From Thermodesulfobacteriota bacterium (GTDB lineage Bacteria; Desulfobacterota; Desulfobulbia; Desulfobulbales; SURF-16): DNA of 64,000 bases. Positions 29,430-40,088 of the stretch are shown piece after piece. Numbering within the stretch: the stretch's first letter is position 1; every line of letters begins with the position of its first letter. A model generated the notes under the pieces. The model had not been told where the DNA came from and did no database searches. It worked only from the letters and a program-made list of their open reading frames with translations. The DNA lies in the NCBI GenBank assembly GCA_039715015.1, contig JBDLIE010000005.1, forward strand, positions 1 to 64,000. Reading direction: 5' to 3'. A program made the translations under genes and the position numbers.

Positions 29430-29813
29430 TTAGAGTGGCTTTGAAAGTTCTAGGAGGTTTTGGTCAGGGTCTCTGAAATAGATGGATAAAAGGGAACCTT
29501 GGGCTCCAAGCCTCTGCACCGGGCCTTCAATAATTTGCACGCCATTTTCCTTTAGGAAAGAAATCACCTCGGCAAGTGAGGTTGTCGTCAGAAAGCAGAG
29601 GTCGGCTGAGCCTGGCGTTGGTGCGTGGGCTTTGGGTGAAAATTCAGCCCCTTTCTTGTGAAGATTTATCTTGTGAGTGCCAAAGGATAAAGAGACCCTG
29701 TTGTTGGCAGAAACAACCACTTTCATGGCAAGGATCTTAGAGTAGAACAGGCAGGTCTCCTCAATATCCCGAACAGTAAGAACGAGATGATCTATCTCAC
29801 TAATTTCTATCAA
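29430..29813 (-). CDS. VOC/glyoxalase family protein
   Basis: IDHLVLTV, KINLH, PGSADLCF, GPV.R.GA.G, YFRDPD.NL.E. Confidence 0.92.
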   Translation of the reverse strand: MIEISEIDHLVLTVRDIEETCLFYSKILAMKVVVSANNRVSLSFGTHKINLHKKGAEFSPKAHAPTPGSADLCFLTTTSLAEVISFLKENGVQIIEGPVQRLGAQGSLLSIYFRDPDQNLLELSKPL

Positions 29814-29942
29814 TTCTCATGAACGGTTCTGATTACCACCATGTTTCAGCCATTATCTCATCATCAAGCGACAAATAGGGATCTTTAGAAGCTTCACCCC
29901 TGTGAGCAATGGACGGCCTGACGAGTCACAATTGTCTCTTTA

Positions 29943-30011
29943 ATCGCCCGGAGGGCCGGGTGCCCCGCAGGAGATAAGCGAAGACTTCGAATACCCTTGG
30001 GGTGCTCCTAC
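29943..30011 (-). repeat. REP-like composite repeat, copy 1
   Basis: 29948-30011 is the exact reverse complement of 42830-42893; begins GTAG on the minus strand. Confidence 0.9.
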
Positions 30012-30090
30012 GGCATCATCCTGGGAAGGTGGCTGAAATTCGATGGTGATCAGATAAACGGTACAATAAAACCGTAGCCACCGGTAAATT

Positions 30091-31113
30091 TTACTGCAGC
30101 TTGCCTAAAAGCTTCTTGGCCTTGGCGGCCTGTTCCGATTTTGGATAGTAGGTAAGAATGTCCTTATAGAGTTTTTTCTGAACCATCTTGTCGCCGAAAT
30201 GTTCAAAGGCTTTGGCTTGTTTAAGCAGGGCCTCAGGGGCTTTGGGGTGGCCTGGATAATCGGCAACGATGTTCTGGAATTCAAGAACAGCACCGCTATA
30301 ATCACCACTCTTTAAAAGGCCTGAACCTAGCCAAAAGCGGGCATTGGGCACCAGCTTGCTGTTGTGGTGCCTGTCCAGAAAGGTGGTGAAGCTTGTAATG
30401 GCGCCCTTGTAATCTTCGCTACGATACTGGCCAAGCCCCAAATCATAAAGTTTTTCAGCAGGAGTCTTTGCTGAAGCTGGAACAGGGGCTGGTTGCTCTG
30501 TCTGGACAGGTGTTTTGGTGGAGACCGAAGAACCTGTCTTCTTCTTTTTATGGATACGCGGAGTAATTTCTTTAGTCTGGTCAGAAGCTGTTGCGGTAGC
30601 CGCCTGGGCGGCAGCTGCAACAGCAGCCCTTCTTTTCGCGTCTTTAGCAGCCTGCAAGGCATCTAGGGCTCGTTGTTCTGCTTCTTCAGCCATTTTTGTC
30701 TTTATTTCAGTGATATTATCACCGAGTACTACAAGCTTTGCGGCGTTAGTTTGGCCCATGGCCTCAAGATTCAGGAGCCTATTGTCTAATTCTTGTTGGA
30801 GGCGAAGGTTTTCTTCCTGCAAGGTTCTGCTTCGATGTCTTGCCTCATCAAGTTGACCCTTAATTTGGAGAATTTCCATTGAAAGGCGCTCCAGTTCAGA
30901 AGATATAGAGGCCTGCTGTTTTTGCACGGACTGGGTGGCGCTAGTCCCGCCGCTGGATATTTGCTCCATCTGATTTTCAATGTCAACAAGGCGATTATCC
31001 TGATTGCGAACGTTAAACTGGAGGTTTCTGAATTTTTGGCCGGTGACACAGCCGGAAAGCAGAGGAAGCAGAGAGAGAAAAAGGGTGCTACGGAGAAGAA
31101 TTTTTTTTGTCAT
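30091..31113 (-). CDS. cpoB: Tol-Pal TPR protein CpoB/YbgF (lipoprotein signal)
   Basis: LSGC lipobox, coiled coil, C-terminal TPRs (PNARFWLG, KAPEALLK); follows tolB. Confidence 0.85.
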   Translation of the reverse strand: MTKKILLRSTLFLSLLPLLSGCVTGQKFRNLQFNVRNQDNRLVDIENQMEQISSGGTSATQSVQKQQASISSELERLSMEILQIKGQLDEARHRSRTLQEENLRLQQELDNRLLNLEAMGQTNAAKLVVLGDNITEIKTKMAEEAEQRALDALQAAKDAKRRAAVAAAAQAATATASDQTKEITPRIHKKKKTGSSVSTKTPVQTEQPAPVPASAKTPAEKLYDLGLGQYRSEDYKGAITSFTTFLDRHHNSKLVPNARFWLGSGLLKSGDYSGAVLEFQNIVADYPGHPKAPEALLKQAKAFEHFGDKMVQKKLYKDILTYYPKSEQAAKAKKLLGKLQ

Positions 31114-31170
31114 GATATTTATTGTCTGCGCTGAAGTGAGAGGCAAAAGTTATAAATTTCTACCTGACAA

Positions 31171-32517
31171 TTAGTAAAATTTCAACCTTTGCGACCACTG
31201 AGGGCTTGATTGGCTGCCATCCAGAACAAAAAGTACCTGAAGCCACTGGCCCTCGCTGGTTATTGTGCAAAGTTTGCTCTTGCCATTTCTAGTCTGTGTA
31301 AAAGCGATTTGGCGCGAATCTGGTGACCAGGTTGGCGACTCGTGGCTGCCCCAGGAGGCAGTGAGTTGGATAGGCCGTCCACCTGACTCCTTAATCTTGT
31401 AAATTTGATAGCCGGCGTCACCGTTTCCTGTATAGGCAACCCATTTTCCATCCGGTGACCAGCTAGGCGTCGTGTTTTCTCGTCCTTCATAGGTGAGCCG
31501 TTGGACGCGGCCACTGCTAAGTTCCATGGTATAAATCTGTGGTTCGCCGGTGCGGTCAGAGACAAAGGCAATTTTACTTCCATCTGGAGAAAAAGAGGGA
31601 GAAACATTAATACCGGCATTTATTGTTAGTCTTTTTAAAATGAGGCCGGTGGGAGCAATTTTATAAAGATCCGGGTTGCCGTCTTTACTGAGGGTGACCA
31701 CAAGAAAAGAGCCGTCAGGCGCCCAGGCCGGAGCATAATTAATCCCTTCCCGTCGAGAGATGGCCCTGGTCAGTTTACTGGATTTGGTGAAGTCGATGAG
31801 GTAGAGGTTAGGATTGCCGTTATGATATGAGGTGTAAACAAGCTTATTACTGTCGGGGGAAAGTCGAGGGGTAATGGCGAGATTCTGATGGCGGGTAACC
31901 TGGCGAATATCATCTCCCAAGGCATCGGCGATATATATTTCCTTATGGCCGGAAGTGTCTGACACAAAAGCGATCTTGCTTGAGCTTATGCCCTGTTTCC
32001 CGGTGATCTTATGAATGACTTCATCACAAAACTTAAGGATCATCTGGCGCTGTTTTTCCCTTTTGTCACGAAAACGTTTGCCCATGAGCATCTTGCCCGT
32101 GGATGCATCGACAAGACGGAACTCAAGAACAAGGCGAGGCCCTTCGCTGATGTATTTGCCAATCACCACATAATTTGCCCCCAGCATGCGCCAATTTTGG
32201 TCCTGACCACCGCCATAAACCTCCGGACTTATAATGTTGATAAAGCCGTGGAAATCTAAGCCCTTGGCAAGAAGTTCAGCCATGGATTTTCCTGAGTCGT
32301 GATCCTGCTCAGGCCGATTTTTGTCGGTAAAATAGGGGACCGCAAAGTTAACCTTTTTGATCGCCGCATCAGTGATATCAATATCAATTACCTGTTGGGC
32401 GTTTGAAGGTAAAGGTGTGCCGAAAATTAAAATGGCAGCAAGAAAAACAGTAGATGCGAAGTGGAGTTTCTTAATAGGCATAGTTAGCGACAAAGCTGAA
32501 AATAGAGGGAAAATCAC
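31171..32517 (-). CDS. tolB: TolB beta-propeller protein
   Basis: KIAFVS, repeated P.WSPDG (PD40) units; synteny. Confidence 0.93.
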   Translation of the reverse strand: MIFPLFSALSLTMPIKKLHFASTVFLAAILIFGTPLPSNAQQVIDIDITDAAIKKVNFAVPYFTDKNRPEQDHDSGKSMAELLAKGLDFHGFINIISPEVYGGGQDQNWRMLGANYVVIGKYISEGPRLVLEFRLVDASTGKMLMGKRFRDKREKQRQMILKFCDEVIHKITGKQGISSSKIAFVSDTSGHKEIYIADALGDDIRQVTRHQNLAITPRLSPDSNKLVYTSYHNGNPNLYLIDFTKSSKLTRAISRREGINYAPAWAPDGSFLVVTLSKDGNPDLYKIAPTGLILKRLTINAGINVSPSFSPDGSKIAFVSDRTGEPQIYTMELSSGRVQRLTYEGRENTTPSWSPDGKWVAYTGNGDAGYQIYKIKESGGRPIQLTASWGSHESPTWSPDSRQIAFTQTRNGKSKLCTITSEGQWLQVLFVLDGSQSSPQWSQRLKFY

Positions 32518-33374
32518 ATCATACCCTCAGGGTAGAATTTAAGGCGTAAGGGGCGGTGTGGTATTTCTTCAGGGAAGGGTGGTAGAGGAGAAGACTGTTC
32601 AATGGTTTGCATGACGAATTTATCGAATTGGCCGTTTGCTGAAAGTTTTTCAAAGCTGCTTTCCGTTACAATTCCATCAAGACGGACTTCGATGATAACT
32701 ATGGCCCGAAGATCTTTCGGCCAGATTTGACCTTCCGGCAGGCTCCAGAATCTGCCGATATGTTGGGCAACAAGGGCCTTATATTTTTTAAGGGCCGTGT
32801 TGGCAGCCATACCCCTTTGTGAGCCAGAGCCTGTTGGAGTTCCGGTCTTGGCTGGGGCAATGATATCCATAACAGGCTCAGAGGCTGATTCTCTGGCCAT
32901 GATCGATTGACGAATGGCCTTGAGGGCCTTTTCTTTTTCTGTCACCGCCTTTTCTTGCTGCTGAATACGGTCTAAGGCGGCAAGTACCATGGTTGGGTCC
33001 ATGGGCGGCAGACGGACATCCTTTTTAAGAGCGCGTGGGCGGATCAACTTAATCTCTGTGGGAGCCTTGGGAATAGTCCGGGTCGAGAGAAGGGGCTGAA
33101 GGCTTCGTGAGTTTTCTGTTGGGGCTGCATTCTCTCGCGGCGCAGGCTCATAGACATCATCGGGGGGGAGGGGGATCTCGTCTAGATCAATGAGGTCCAC
33201 TGAATAAATTTCCGGAATATTGCGGCTGAAAAAAAATAAGTCGCTGGGCAAGAGGGCAATACAAAGAATGGCCAGATGGATTGCAGCAGAAAAGAGAAAG
33301 GGATTACGCCATTTCTCGTCTTCCCATCGTGTTAGGAAGAAATCCTGCGGTGAAAATTTGAGTTGGCCAACCAT
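32514..33374 (-). CDS. tolA: TolA/TonB-type energy transducer
   Basis: TM helix with SxxxH (SAAIH), C-terminal PLPPFP domain; between tolR and tolB. Confidence 0.8.
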   Translation of the reverse strand: MVGQLKFSPQDFFLTRWEDEKWRNPFLFSAAIHLAILCIALLPSDLFFFSRNIPEIYSVDLIDLDEIPLPPDDVYEPAPRENAAPTENSRSLQPLLSTRTIPKAPTEIKLIRPRALKKDVRLPPMDPTMVLAALDRIQQQEKAVTEKEKALKAIRQSIMARESASEPVMDIIAPAKTGTPTGSGSQRGMAANTALKKYKALVAQHIGRFWSLPEGQIWPKDLRAIVIIEVRLDGIVTESSFEKLSANGQFDKFVMQTIEQSSPLPPFPEEIPHRPLRLKFYPEGMM

Positions 33375-33449
33375 TTTTAGCTTAAATAATTCCTCTAGTG
33401 TCAGGTGAAACAGCAGCTATGCCGGAGTTTTTATTCAAAGGTGAGTGAG

Positions 33450-33869
33450 TTACCGTTTCTTTTCTACAGGGATAGTTACCATGCCCAGGTTGTCGAAGCC
33501 TGCCCTTTTGATATCGGCCATGACCTGGACAACAAGGCCATACTCCACCTTTTTGTCCGCCTTTATAAGGATAGTTTTTCCGGTATCATGGGTGGCAAGT
33601 TTGCTCAGTTCCTGGCGCAGAAGTTTGCGGTCTCCCTTAATCTTATCTATGCCAATGGCACCATTCTTCTTTATAGTTATAACAACAGGTTTATCATCCT
33701 GACGCAGGGCTTTGGCGGTTGTTTCGGGGAGATTGACCTCCAGACCTTCGGTCATCATGGGAGCTGTAATCATGAAAATGATGAGCAGCACCAGCATAAC
33801 ATCAACAAGGGGGGTGACATTGATGTCAGCCATCAGCCTTTTGCTGCCCCTGTTCGCTGTAAGGGCCAT
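33450..33869 (-). CDS. tolR: TolR
   Basis: DINVTPLVDVMLVLLIIFMITAPM. Confidence 0.92.
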   Translation of the reverse strand: MALTANRGSKRLMADINVTPLVDVMLVLLIIFMITAPMMTEGLEVNLPETTAKALRQDDKPVVITIKKNGAIGIDKIKGDRKLLRQELSKLATHDTGKTILIKADKKVEYGLVVQVMADIKRAGFDNLGMVTIPVEKKR

Positions 33870-34561
33870 TATTTTTCACCCTTTGAAATAAGATCACGCT
33901 CAACTAGATTGAGGAAGTCTGCTGAGAAGTTTGCCATGTCACTCTCAAGATAGCCTAATTTGTTGGAGTAAAAGTTGTAGAAGATAACAGCAGGAATGGC
34001 CACGGCTAGACCGGCGGCAGTGGCCACCAGTGCTTCGGAGATACCCGGTGCGACCACAGCAAGGGATGCCGAGCCATGGGTGCCGATTTCATTAAAAGAA
34101 ACCATGATGCCCCACACCGTGCCAAAAAGGCCAATGAAAGGGGTGGAGGAGCCGGTGGTGGCCAGAAAGGGCAGATATTTGCCGATGGTAACACTTTCAA
34201 TTGCCTCTGCCTTTTGCAAAACGCGTTTAAGGTTATTCATACCGGCGAGTCTCATTTCCAGGGTCTCCTGGCCATGCTCCCTGGCGCGTTCAATTTTCTG
34301 CATTTCGGTATAGCCAGTCTGGAAAATCTGGGCTTCGGGGCAAGGGCTCTCCTTGGCTATATGGAGGGCTTCCGTTAATGTTTTACAGAGCCAGAAGGAG
34401 GAAAGAAAGGTCTCAGATTCTTTTTCCAGTTCCTTGAAAAGAATAAATTTCTGGTAGACAATGAACCAGGAATAGCCTGAAAAGGTGAGAAGGACGAACA
34501 TGACAAATTTTACTGTGAAACCTGCATGCCAAAAGAGTGTAAAGATGTTGAGATCCTGCAC
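33869..34561 (-). CDS. tolQ: TolQ
   Basis: PFIGLFGTVWGIM, VAPGISEALVATAAGL; GTG start. Confidence 0.92.
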   Translation of the reverse strand: MQDLNIFTLFWHAGFTVKFVMFVLLTFSGYSWFIVYQKFILFKELEKESETFLSSFWLCKTLTEALHIAKESPCPEAQIFQTGYTEMQKIERAREHGQETLEMRLAGMNNLKRVLQKAEAIESVTIGKYLPFLATTGSSTPFIGLFGTVWGIMVSFNEIGTHGSASLAVVAPGISEALVATAAGLAVAIPAVIFYNFYSNKLGYLESDMANFSADFLNLVERDLISKGEK

Positions 34562-34923
34562 TGTTAGACCTGTTGGGAAGTTGAATTAGATATAATGATG
34601 GATGTTCTTGGAGCAAGATGTAAATTGATTATGAATCTATATCGTTTTTTTTGTTGATTATAAAGGAAATTCTTGGCTTCTGGGCGTGATAAAAACGCCT
34701 TGGTGCCTTTCAGATGGAAATTACCCTGCCATCCGCCTAAGTAAAGTGAAGGAAAATCCCCAAAAGGTTCCTTTTTTTCTTATGTCGTGTGGCTTTTTGC
34801 CTGTTTTTTTAACGGGCGATTTTTTTTGACACGTTCTTAAGCTTAATGGTAAATGATAAAATTCCAACAAAACTCATATTTTAATCGTTATCCCATAGAT
34901 ATTGCAGGTAGATTACCCCACCA

Positions 34924-36237
34924 ATGAAGACAATACATATCGGCATGATCGGCTTTGGCACCGTTGGCAGTGGTACGGCCCAGGTACTTCTTGAGCAGAG
35001 TAAGCGCATAACGCGCCGCACCGGTGTTCAAATCTGTCTAAAAACCGTTCTGGTTCGTTCTCCCCGGCAACTACCTGAAGAATTTGCAGATATTACTGTA
35101 ACCTGTGAGCCGGATGATCTTTTTAATGACCCGGATATTGATATCATCGTTGAGCTTATTGGTGGCATCGAACCTGCCCGTACCTATGCTCTCAAGGCTA
35201 TTGAAAAGGGCAAGCATGTGGTTACCGCCAACAAGGCCCTGCTTTCAGAGTGCGGTATTGAAATCTTTCAGGCTGCTGCCAAAAATAATGTTGAAGTAGG
35301 TTTTGAAGGCAGTGTGGCTGGTGGGATCCCGGTTGTTAAAACCATTAAAGAAGGTCTTGCAGCCAATCGTATTGTTTCCCTTATGGGTATTTTAAACGGT
35401 ACTGCTAACTACATTCTTACCCAGATGACCGATCATGGTTTGCCTTTTGCTGAGGTCTTGAAGGATGCCCAGGGCAAAGGCTATGCCGAGGCCGATCCTA
35501 CCTTTGATATTGAAGGTATTGATACGGCCCATAAGCTGGCAATTTTGGTTACCATGGCCTATGGCATTAAGGTCAATCTCGATGATATAGCGGTGGAAGG
35601 GATCAGTCGTATTGAGCCCATTGATATTAACTTGGCCCATGAGTTTGGCTACCGCATTAAGCTGCTGGCAATCAGTTGCAACCATGGTGATCATGTCGAG
35701 CTGCGGGTTCATCCTACTTTGGTTGCCGAATCCCATCTCCTGGCATCAATTAATGGTGCTTTTAATTCCGTTCATATTCAGGGAGATATGGTTGGTGATA
35801 TTCTCCTCTATGGACCTGGGGCGGGCAAGCTTGCAACCGGTAGTGCTGTTGCCGCAGATATTGTCGACATTTCCAGGAATATCGTCCATGGCGCCATTAA
35901 TCGTGTCTCGTGTCTCTCCTATCTTCCCGAGCATATAGAGTCACGCAAAGTTACTCCGATCAGCCAGTTGCGCTGTCCCTATTATTTCCGCTTCACCACC
36001 CTGGATCAGCCTGGTGTGCTGGCAACCATTGCCGGAATTTTAGGGAAATTCAATATCAGTATCGAGTCCGTTATCCAGAAATCCAATCATAAAAGCAAGA
36101 CCGTGCCTATTGTTATGCGCACCTACGAGGCAGTTGAGGCTTCCGTTGTTGAGGCCTTGGCCGAGATAGACAAGCTACCCATGGTTGCAGCTGAAACGGT
36201 GAAGATTCGAATCCTGGCTCAAGGGGATGAGGACTGA
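34924..36237 (+). CDS. hom: Homoserine dehydrogenase with ACT domain
   Basis: GFGTVG, VVTANK, VAGGIP, GILNGT, YAEADP. Confidence 0.95.
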   Translation: MKTIHIGMIGFGTVGSGTAQVLLEQSKRITRRTGVQICLKTVLVRSPRQLPEEFADITVTCEPDDLFNDPDIDIIVELIGGIEPARTYALKAIEKGKHVVTANKALLSECGIEIFQAAAKNNVEVGFEGSVAGGIPVVKTIKEGLAANRIVSLMGILNGTANYILTQMTDHGLPFAEVLKDAQGKGYAEADPTFDIEGIDTAHKLAILVTMAYGIKVNLDDIAVEGISRIEPIDINLAHEFGYRIKLLAISCNHGDHVELRVHPTLVAESHLLASINGAFNSVHIQGDMVGDILLYGPGAGKLATGSAVAADIVDISRNIVHGAINRVSCLSYLPEHIESRKVTPISQLRCPYYFRFTTLDQPGVLATIAGILGKFNISIESVIQKSNHKSKTVPIVMRTYEAVEASVVEALAEIDKLPMVAAETVKIRILAQGDED

Positions 36238-37433
36238 TGAAGACTGTAATTTTGGTGGGGGATGGCATGGGGGATTACGCCCATGAGGATCTTGGTGGTA
36301 AGACCGTCCTTGAGGCTGCTCGTACCCCTGGCATGGACCATCTCGCCCAAAATGGCAAGATGGCCCTCTTGCAAACAGTTCCTGATGGGATGCTGCCTGG
36401 CAGCGATGTTGCCAATTTGTCTCTGCTCGGATATCGGCCGGAGGAGTTTTATACCGGTCGCTCTCCCCTTGAAGCTGCCAGTATGGGGGTTGATCTTGGT
36501 CCTGAAGATATTGCCTTTCGCCTTAACCTGGTGAATGTCAGGGAGAAAGACGGGGCAATGACCATGATTGATTATAGTGCCGGTCATATCTCTACAGCTG
36601 AAGCCCATGAGTTGATTGATAGTCTGCAGGCCGCCCTGCCAGCTGAATACCTGGCCCTATATCCCGGTATCAGCTATCGCCATTTGCTTGTGGTGGATGC
36701 CGATATTGCGGACCTAAAGACAGTACCGCCCCATGATTATCCAGAAAAGGATGTGACCCCCTTTTGGCAGAGTTACTCCTCAGTGCCTTTACTTGCTGAT
36801 TTTATCCGCAAGGCAAAGATCATTCTTGCCGATCATCCGGTTAACCTGAAACGCGTTAGTGAAGGAAAATTGCCAGCTAATTGTGTCTGGCTTTGGGGAC
36901 AAGGCAAGGCACCAGCCATGCTGGACCTGCAAGAGCTCTACGGAGTGAGCGGGGCCCTTATCTCCGCAGTAGATCTCCTGAAAGGCATAGGCGTTTATGC
37001 CGGTATGGAAGTGCTGGAAGTTGAAGGGGCCACCGGATATCTTGACACCAATTACCAGGGCAAGGTTGAGGCAGCCTTGGATTCCTTAACGCGCCATGAC
37101 CTAGTTTTCGTCCATGTGGAAGCGCCTGATGAAACAGGCCATCAAGGGTTGCTCAGAGAAAAAATTCAGGCTGTTGAAGATTTTGACAGCAAAATTGTCC
37201 GGCCTATTTTTGCCGGCCTTGAGAAATTAGATTCCTTTCGCCTCGTTGTCTGCATGGACCATTTTACCCCGGTTTCATTGAAGACCCATACCAATGACCC
37301 GGTGCCGGTAGCTATCTATGATCCCAGCCAGCTTGGGCAGAATGATTTTTCTTCTTACACCGAAGAAAGCGGCCGTCAGGCAGGAGTAATTTATAATGAT
37401 GGTGCACAGTTCATGAAAGCGGTGCTTGCGTGA
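36237..37433 (+). CDS. apgM: Cofactor-independent phosphoglycerate mutase, ApgM type
   Basis: GDGMGD, PGSDVAN, HVEAPDE.GH, DH.TP. Confidence 0.85.
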   Translation: MKTVILVGDGMGDYAHEDLGGKTVLEAARTPGMDHLAQNGKMALLQTVPDGMLPGSDVANLSLLGYRPEEFYTGRSPLEAASMGVDLGPEDIAFRLNLVNVREKDGAMTMIDYSAGHISTAEAHELIDSLQAALPAEYLALYPGISYRHLLVVDADIADLKTVPPHDYPEKDVTPFWQSYSSVPLLADFIRKAKIILADHPVNLKRVSEGKLPANCVWLWGQGKAPAMLDLQELYGVSGALISAVDLLKGIGVYAGMEVLEVEGATGYLDTNYQGKVEAALDSLTRHDLVFVHVEAPDETGHQGLLREKIQAVEDFDSKIVRPIFAGLEKLDSFRLVVCMDHFTPVSLKTHTNDPVPVAIYDPSQLGQNDFSSYTEESGRQAGVIYNDGAQFMKAVLA

Positions 37434-37873
37434 CAAGAAAACTTACCATGTCTATGTCCGAACCTGTCAAGAAAAGCCAGGTTCGTGTTCTATACGGCGA
37501 TACCGATGCTGGTGGTATGGTGTATAATGCTACCTATCTTCGCTATTTTGAACAGGGACGTGGAGATTTAATGAGGGAATGCGGTCTTCCCTATAAACTC
37601 CTTGAGGAAAGGGGCTATATTCTTCCCCTTGTTGAAAGTTATCTGCGCTACAAGGCGCCGGCGCGCTATGATGACCTGCTTTTGATAGAAACCTGTTTGG
37701 CCGATCTCTCTCCTTTTTCCTGCCGTTTTCATTGCCGTATTAAAAATAGTGAGGACGGCAGGCTGCTCGTTAAAGGATTTACCCATCATGCCGCAATTAA
37801 CCGGCAGGGAAAATTAACACCGTTGCCGGATGATGTTATTGATGTACTGAGTGGCTATCTTTGCGAGAAGTAG
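37430..37873 (+). CDS. YbgC/FadM-family acyl-CoA thioesterase
   Basis: RVLYGDTDAGGMVYNATYLRYFEQGR, PARYDD. Confidence 0.88.
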   Translation: MTRKLTMSMSEPVKKSQVRVLYGDTDAGGMVYNATYLRYFEQGRGDLMRECGLPYKLLEERGYILPLVESYLRYKAPARYDDLLLIETCLADLSPFSCRFHCRIKNSEDGRLLVKGFTHHAAINRQGKLTPLPDDVIDVLSGYLCEK

Positions 37874-37912
37874 GATCGTGCTTTTTAAGGGACGATCTTG
37901 AGTTGATGGCAT

Positions 37913-37947
37913 AAAAAAAGGCTAACCTAAAAAAAAGGTTAGCCTTT
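37913..37947. terminator. Bidirectional terminator between the hom operon and the tRNA
   Basis: aaaggctaacct / aggttagccttt stem with A7 run. Confidence 0.8.
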
Positions 37948-37956
37948 GGAAGTACA

Positions 37957-38033
<77 letters not shown>

Positions 38034-38045
38034 TCAGTGAAAAAG

Positions 38046-38074
38046 ACAATACTTCTTGTCCCTTGCTATGTCAA
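38046..38074 (-). promoter_or_regulatory. Sigma70 promoter of tRNA-fMet
   Basis: TTGACA-17 nt-TATTGT on the minus strand. Confidence 0.65.
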
Positions 38075-38143
38075 CGTTTTTGTTGCATTTAACTTGCTCT
38101 AAAAGGGCTTTTCCCTACAGTGCTGTAAGTAGCGAAGGTTATC

Positions 38144-39289
38144 ATGAAACATGCGCATGAAGAAGAGATTGGGGATAGGCGAAGCAGTATCCTCCTTGTT
38201 GATGATTTGATCAGCAACGTCAAATTACTTGCTCGTCACCTCGATGAATATAAACTTTTTTTTGCTTTGGATGGCGCCACGGCCCTATCTGTTGCCGAAG
38301 AAAGCCAACCTGATATCATTCTCCTTGACGTAATGATGCCTGATATCGATGGTTATGAGCTCTGCCGTCGTTTTAAGGAGAATCCCAAAACAAAAAAGAT
38401 ACCTGTCATTTTTGTTACAGCAAAAAACCAAGAGGATGATGAGGAGTTGGGTCTACAGGTCGGAGCCATCGATTTTATCTCAAAACCGGTAAATGGCGCC
38501 ATTCTCCGTGCCCGTCTGGGTAATCATCTTGAGCTTAAGGAGCATCGTGATAATCTCGCCGGCCTTCTTTCTGAAAAGAGCCAAGAGCTTGATGCAACCT
38601 ATGAACAATTGCTTCATGCTGAGAAACTGAGCACCCTTGGCAAGTTGACCTCGTCAATCTCCCATGAGTTTTCCAGTCCTCTTTTTGGAATGGAGCAGAT
38701 ACTGACCACCTTTTTTGAAGAAGAGGGCAATGATGATAAAAAACATTTGCTTGGTGTCTGTATCGATGAGTGCCGGCGGCTGAGAGAGCTCATTCGGTCC
38801 ATGCAGAATTTTGGCAGACCAACCTCTTCTCATATGGGGCCAACCGATTTGAATGATGTCATCGGTGATGTCTTACGGCTCTGCGCTAAAAATTTCGAGA
38901 AAAATAGTATTAATATAGAGAAAAAACTCCAGCAAATTCCTCTGATCAATGCCATTGATGACCAGATGAAGCAGGTGGTTTTCAATCTCGTAACCAACGC
39001 CTGTGACGCTGTTGACAAGCCGGGCGGCAGGGTATTACTCTCTACCAGCAACAAGGGAAAGTTTGTGATTTTCTCTGTTACGGATAATGGCAGCGGTATT
39101 GACTCCTCAGATGTTCAGGCAGTCTTTGCTCCTTTTTTTACCACCAAGGAAGAGGGGAGGGGCACCGGCTTGGGGCTTTCAATTTGCTATGGAATCGTCG
39201 CAACCCACAAAGGTACCATTGAGGTTAAATCAAAACCAGGCTATGGCTCTACCTTCACAGTTCGTATTCCTGTTATGGAGAAGAAATGA
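38144..39289 (+). CDS. Cytoplasmic hybrid histidine kinase (REC-HisKA-HATPase)
   Basis: LLDVMMP, SHEFSSPL, NLVTNA, DNGSG, PFFTTK, GTGLGL. Confidence 0.92.
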   Translation: MKHAHEEEIGDRRSSILLVDDLISNVKLLARHLDEYKLFFALDGATALSVAEESQPDIILLDVMMPDIDGYELCRRFKENPKTKKIPVIFVTAKNQEDDEELGLQVGAIDFISKPVNGAILRARLGNHLELKEHRDNLAGLLSEKSQELDATYEQLLHAEKLSTLGKLTSSISHEFSSPLFGMEQILTTFFEEEGNDDKKHLLGVCIDECRRLRELIRSMQNFGRPTSSHMGPTDLNDVIGDVLRLCAKNFEKNSINIEKKLQQIPLINAIDDQMKQVVFNLVTNACDAVDKPGGRVLLSTSNKGKFVIFSVTDNGSGIDSSDVQAVFAPFFTTKEEGRGTGLGLSICYGIVATHKGTIEVKSKPGYGSTFTVRIPVMEKK

Positions 39290-39939
39290 TGGAAAATGAG
39301 GTAAAGGTTCTTCTGGTCGATGACCATCTTCTTGTCAGGTATGGCCTAAAAGCCATGTTGGAGCGTATTGATGGTTTTGTCTGTGTGGCAGAGGCCGATA
39401 ATGGTAGAGAAGGGATTTCCCTGGCCCGTGAGCACGAGCCGGATGTTGTGGTCCTTGATATTGATCTCGGTAAAGGTATGAATGGCTTTGATGTTGCCGA
39501 GGAGATTAAAGCTACCTCGCCAAATTCGAGAATTCTCATGCTCACGGGTAATCCTAAGCCACAGTTTTTTCAGATGGCCATTCAGACAGGTTGTGCTGGC
39601 TATGTCCTTAAGGTCGATTCTGACCAGGAATTCAAGCAGGCCCTTGAAACCGTGGCCAAAGGCGGAAAATATCTGTCAAGATCTTTTACTGACGATGTCT
39701 TTCAGCTTCTTCAACAGAGCAATAATCTTGAGGGGGATAACCCTGAAAACCTTCTTACCCCCAGGGAGAACTCCATAGCGCATCTCATCTGTAAAGGCCT
39801 TAATGACGATGCCATTGGTGAAGAACTCTGTATCAGTCCAAAGACGGTGCGTGTCCATAAGTCTAATATTAAAAGGAAATTTAACTGTAAGACCAGCGGT
39901 GAGCTTATTTTGAAATTAACGTCCCTTGATTTTGGTTAA
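39286..39939 (+). CDS. NarL/LuxR-family response regulator
   Basis: VDDH, LDI, LTPRE...LCISPKTV. Confidence 0.92.
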   Translation: MMENEVKVLLVDDHLLVRYGLKAMLERIDGFVCVAEADNGREGISLAREHEPDVVVLDIDLGKGMNGFDVAEEIKATSPNSRILMLTGNPKPQFFQMAIQTGCAGYVLKVDSDQEFKQALETVAKGGKYLSRSFTDDVFQLLQQSNNLEGDNPENLLTPRENSIAHLICKGLNDDAIGEELCISPKTVRVHKSNIKRKFNCKTSGELILKLTSLDFG

Positions 39940-40088
39940 ATGCCTCTCTTTTTTTAGTAAACTCTATCTACTTTCCCCTAACTCCCTTGAAATACAATAT
40001 TTTCTTGCATTTTGCTTTTTTGAATGGTAGTCATTATCAATCTCGTTGTTTTAAATAACCAATGTGATGTTCATGGGGGTGGCACACA

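Noticed and set aside
29051..29476. ORFs overlapping the MITE-like element
   Set aside because: No recognisable domain; they span a terminator and inverted repeats
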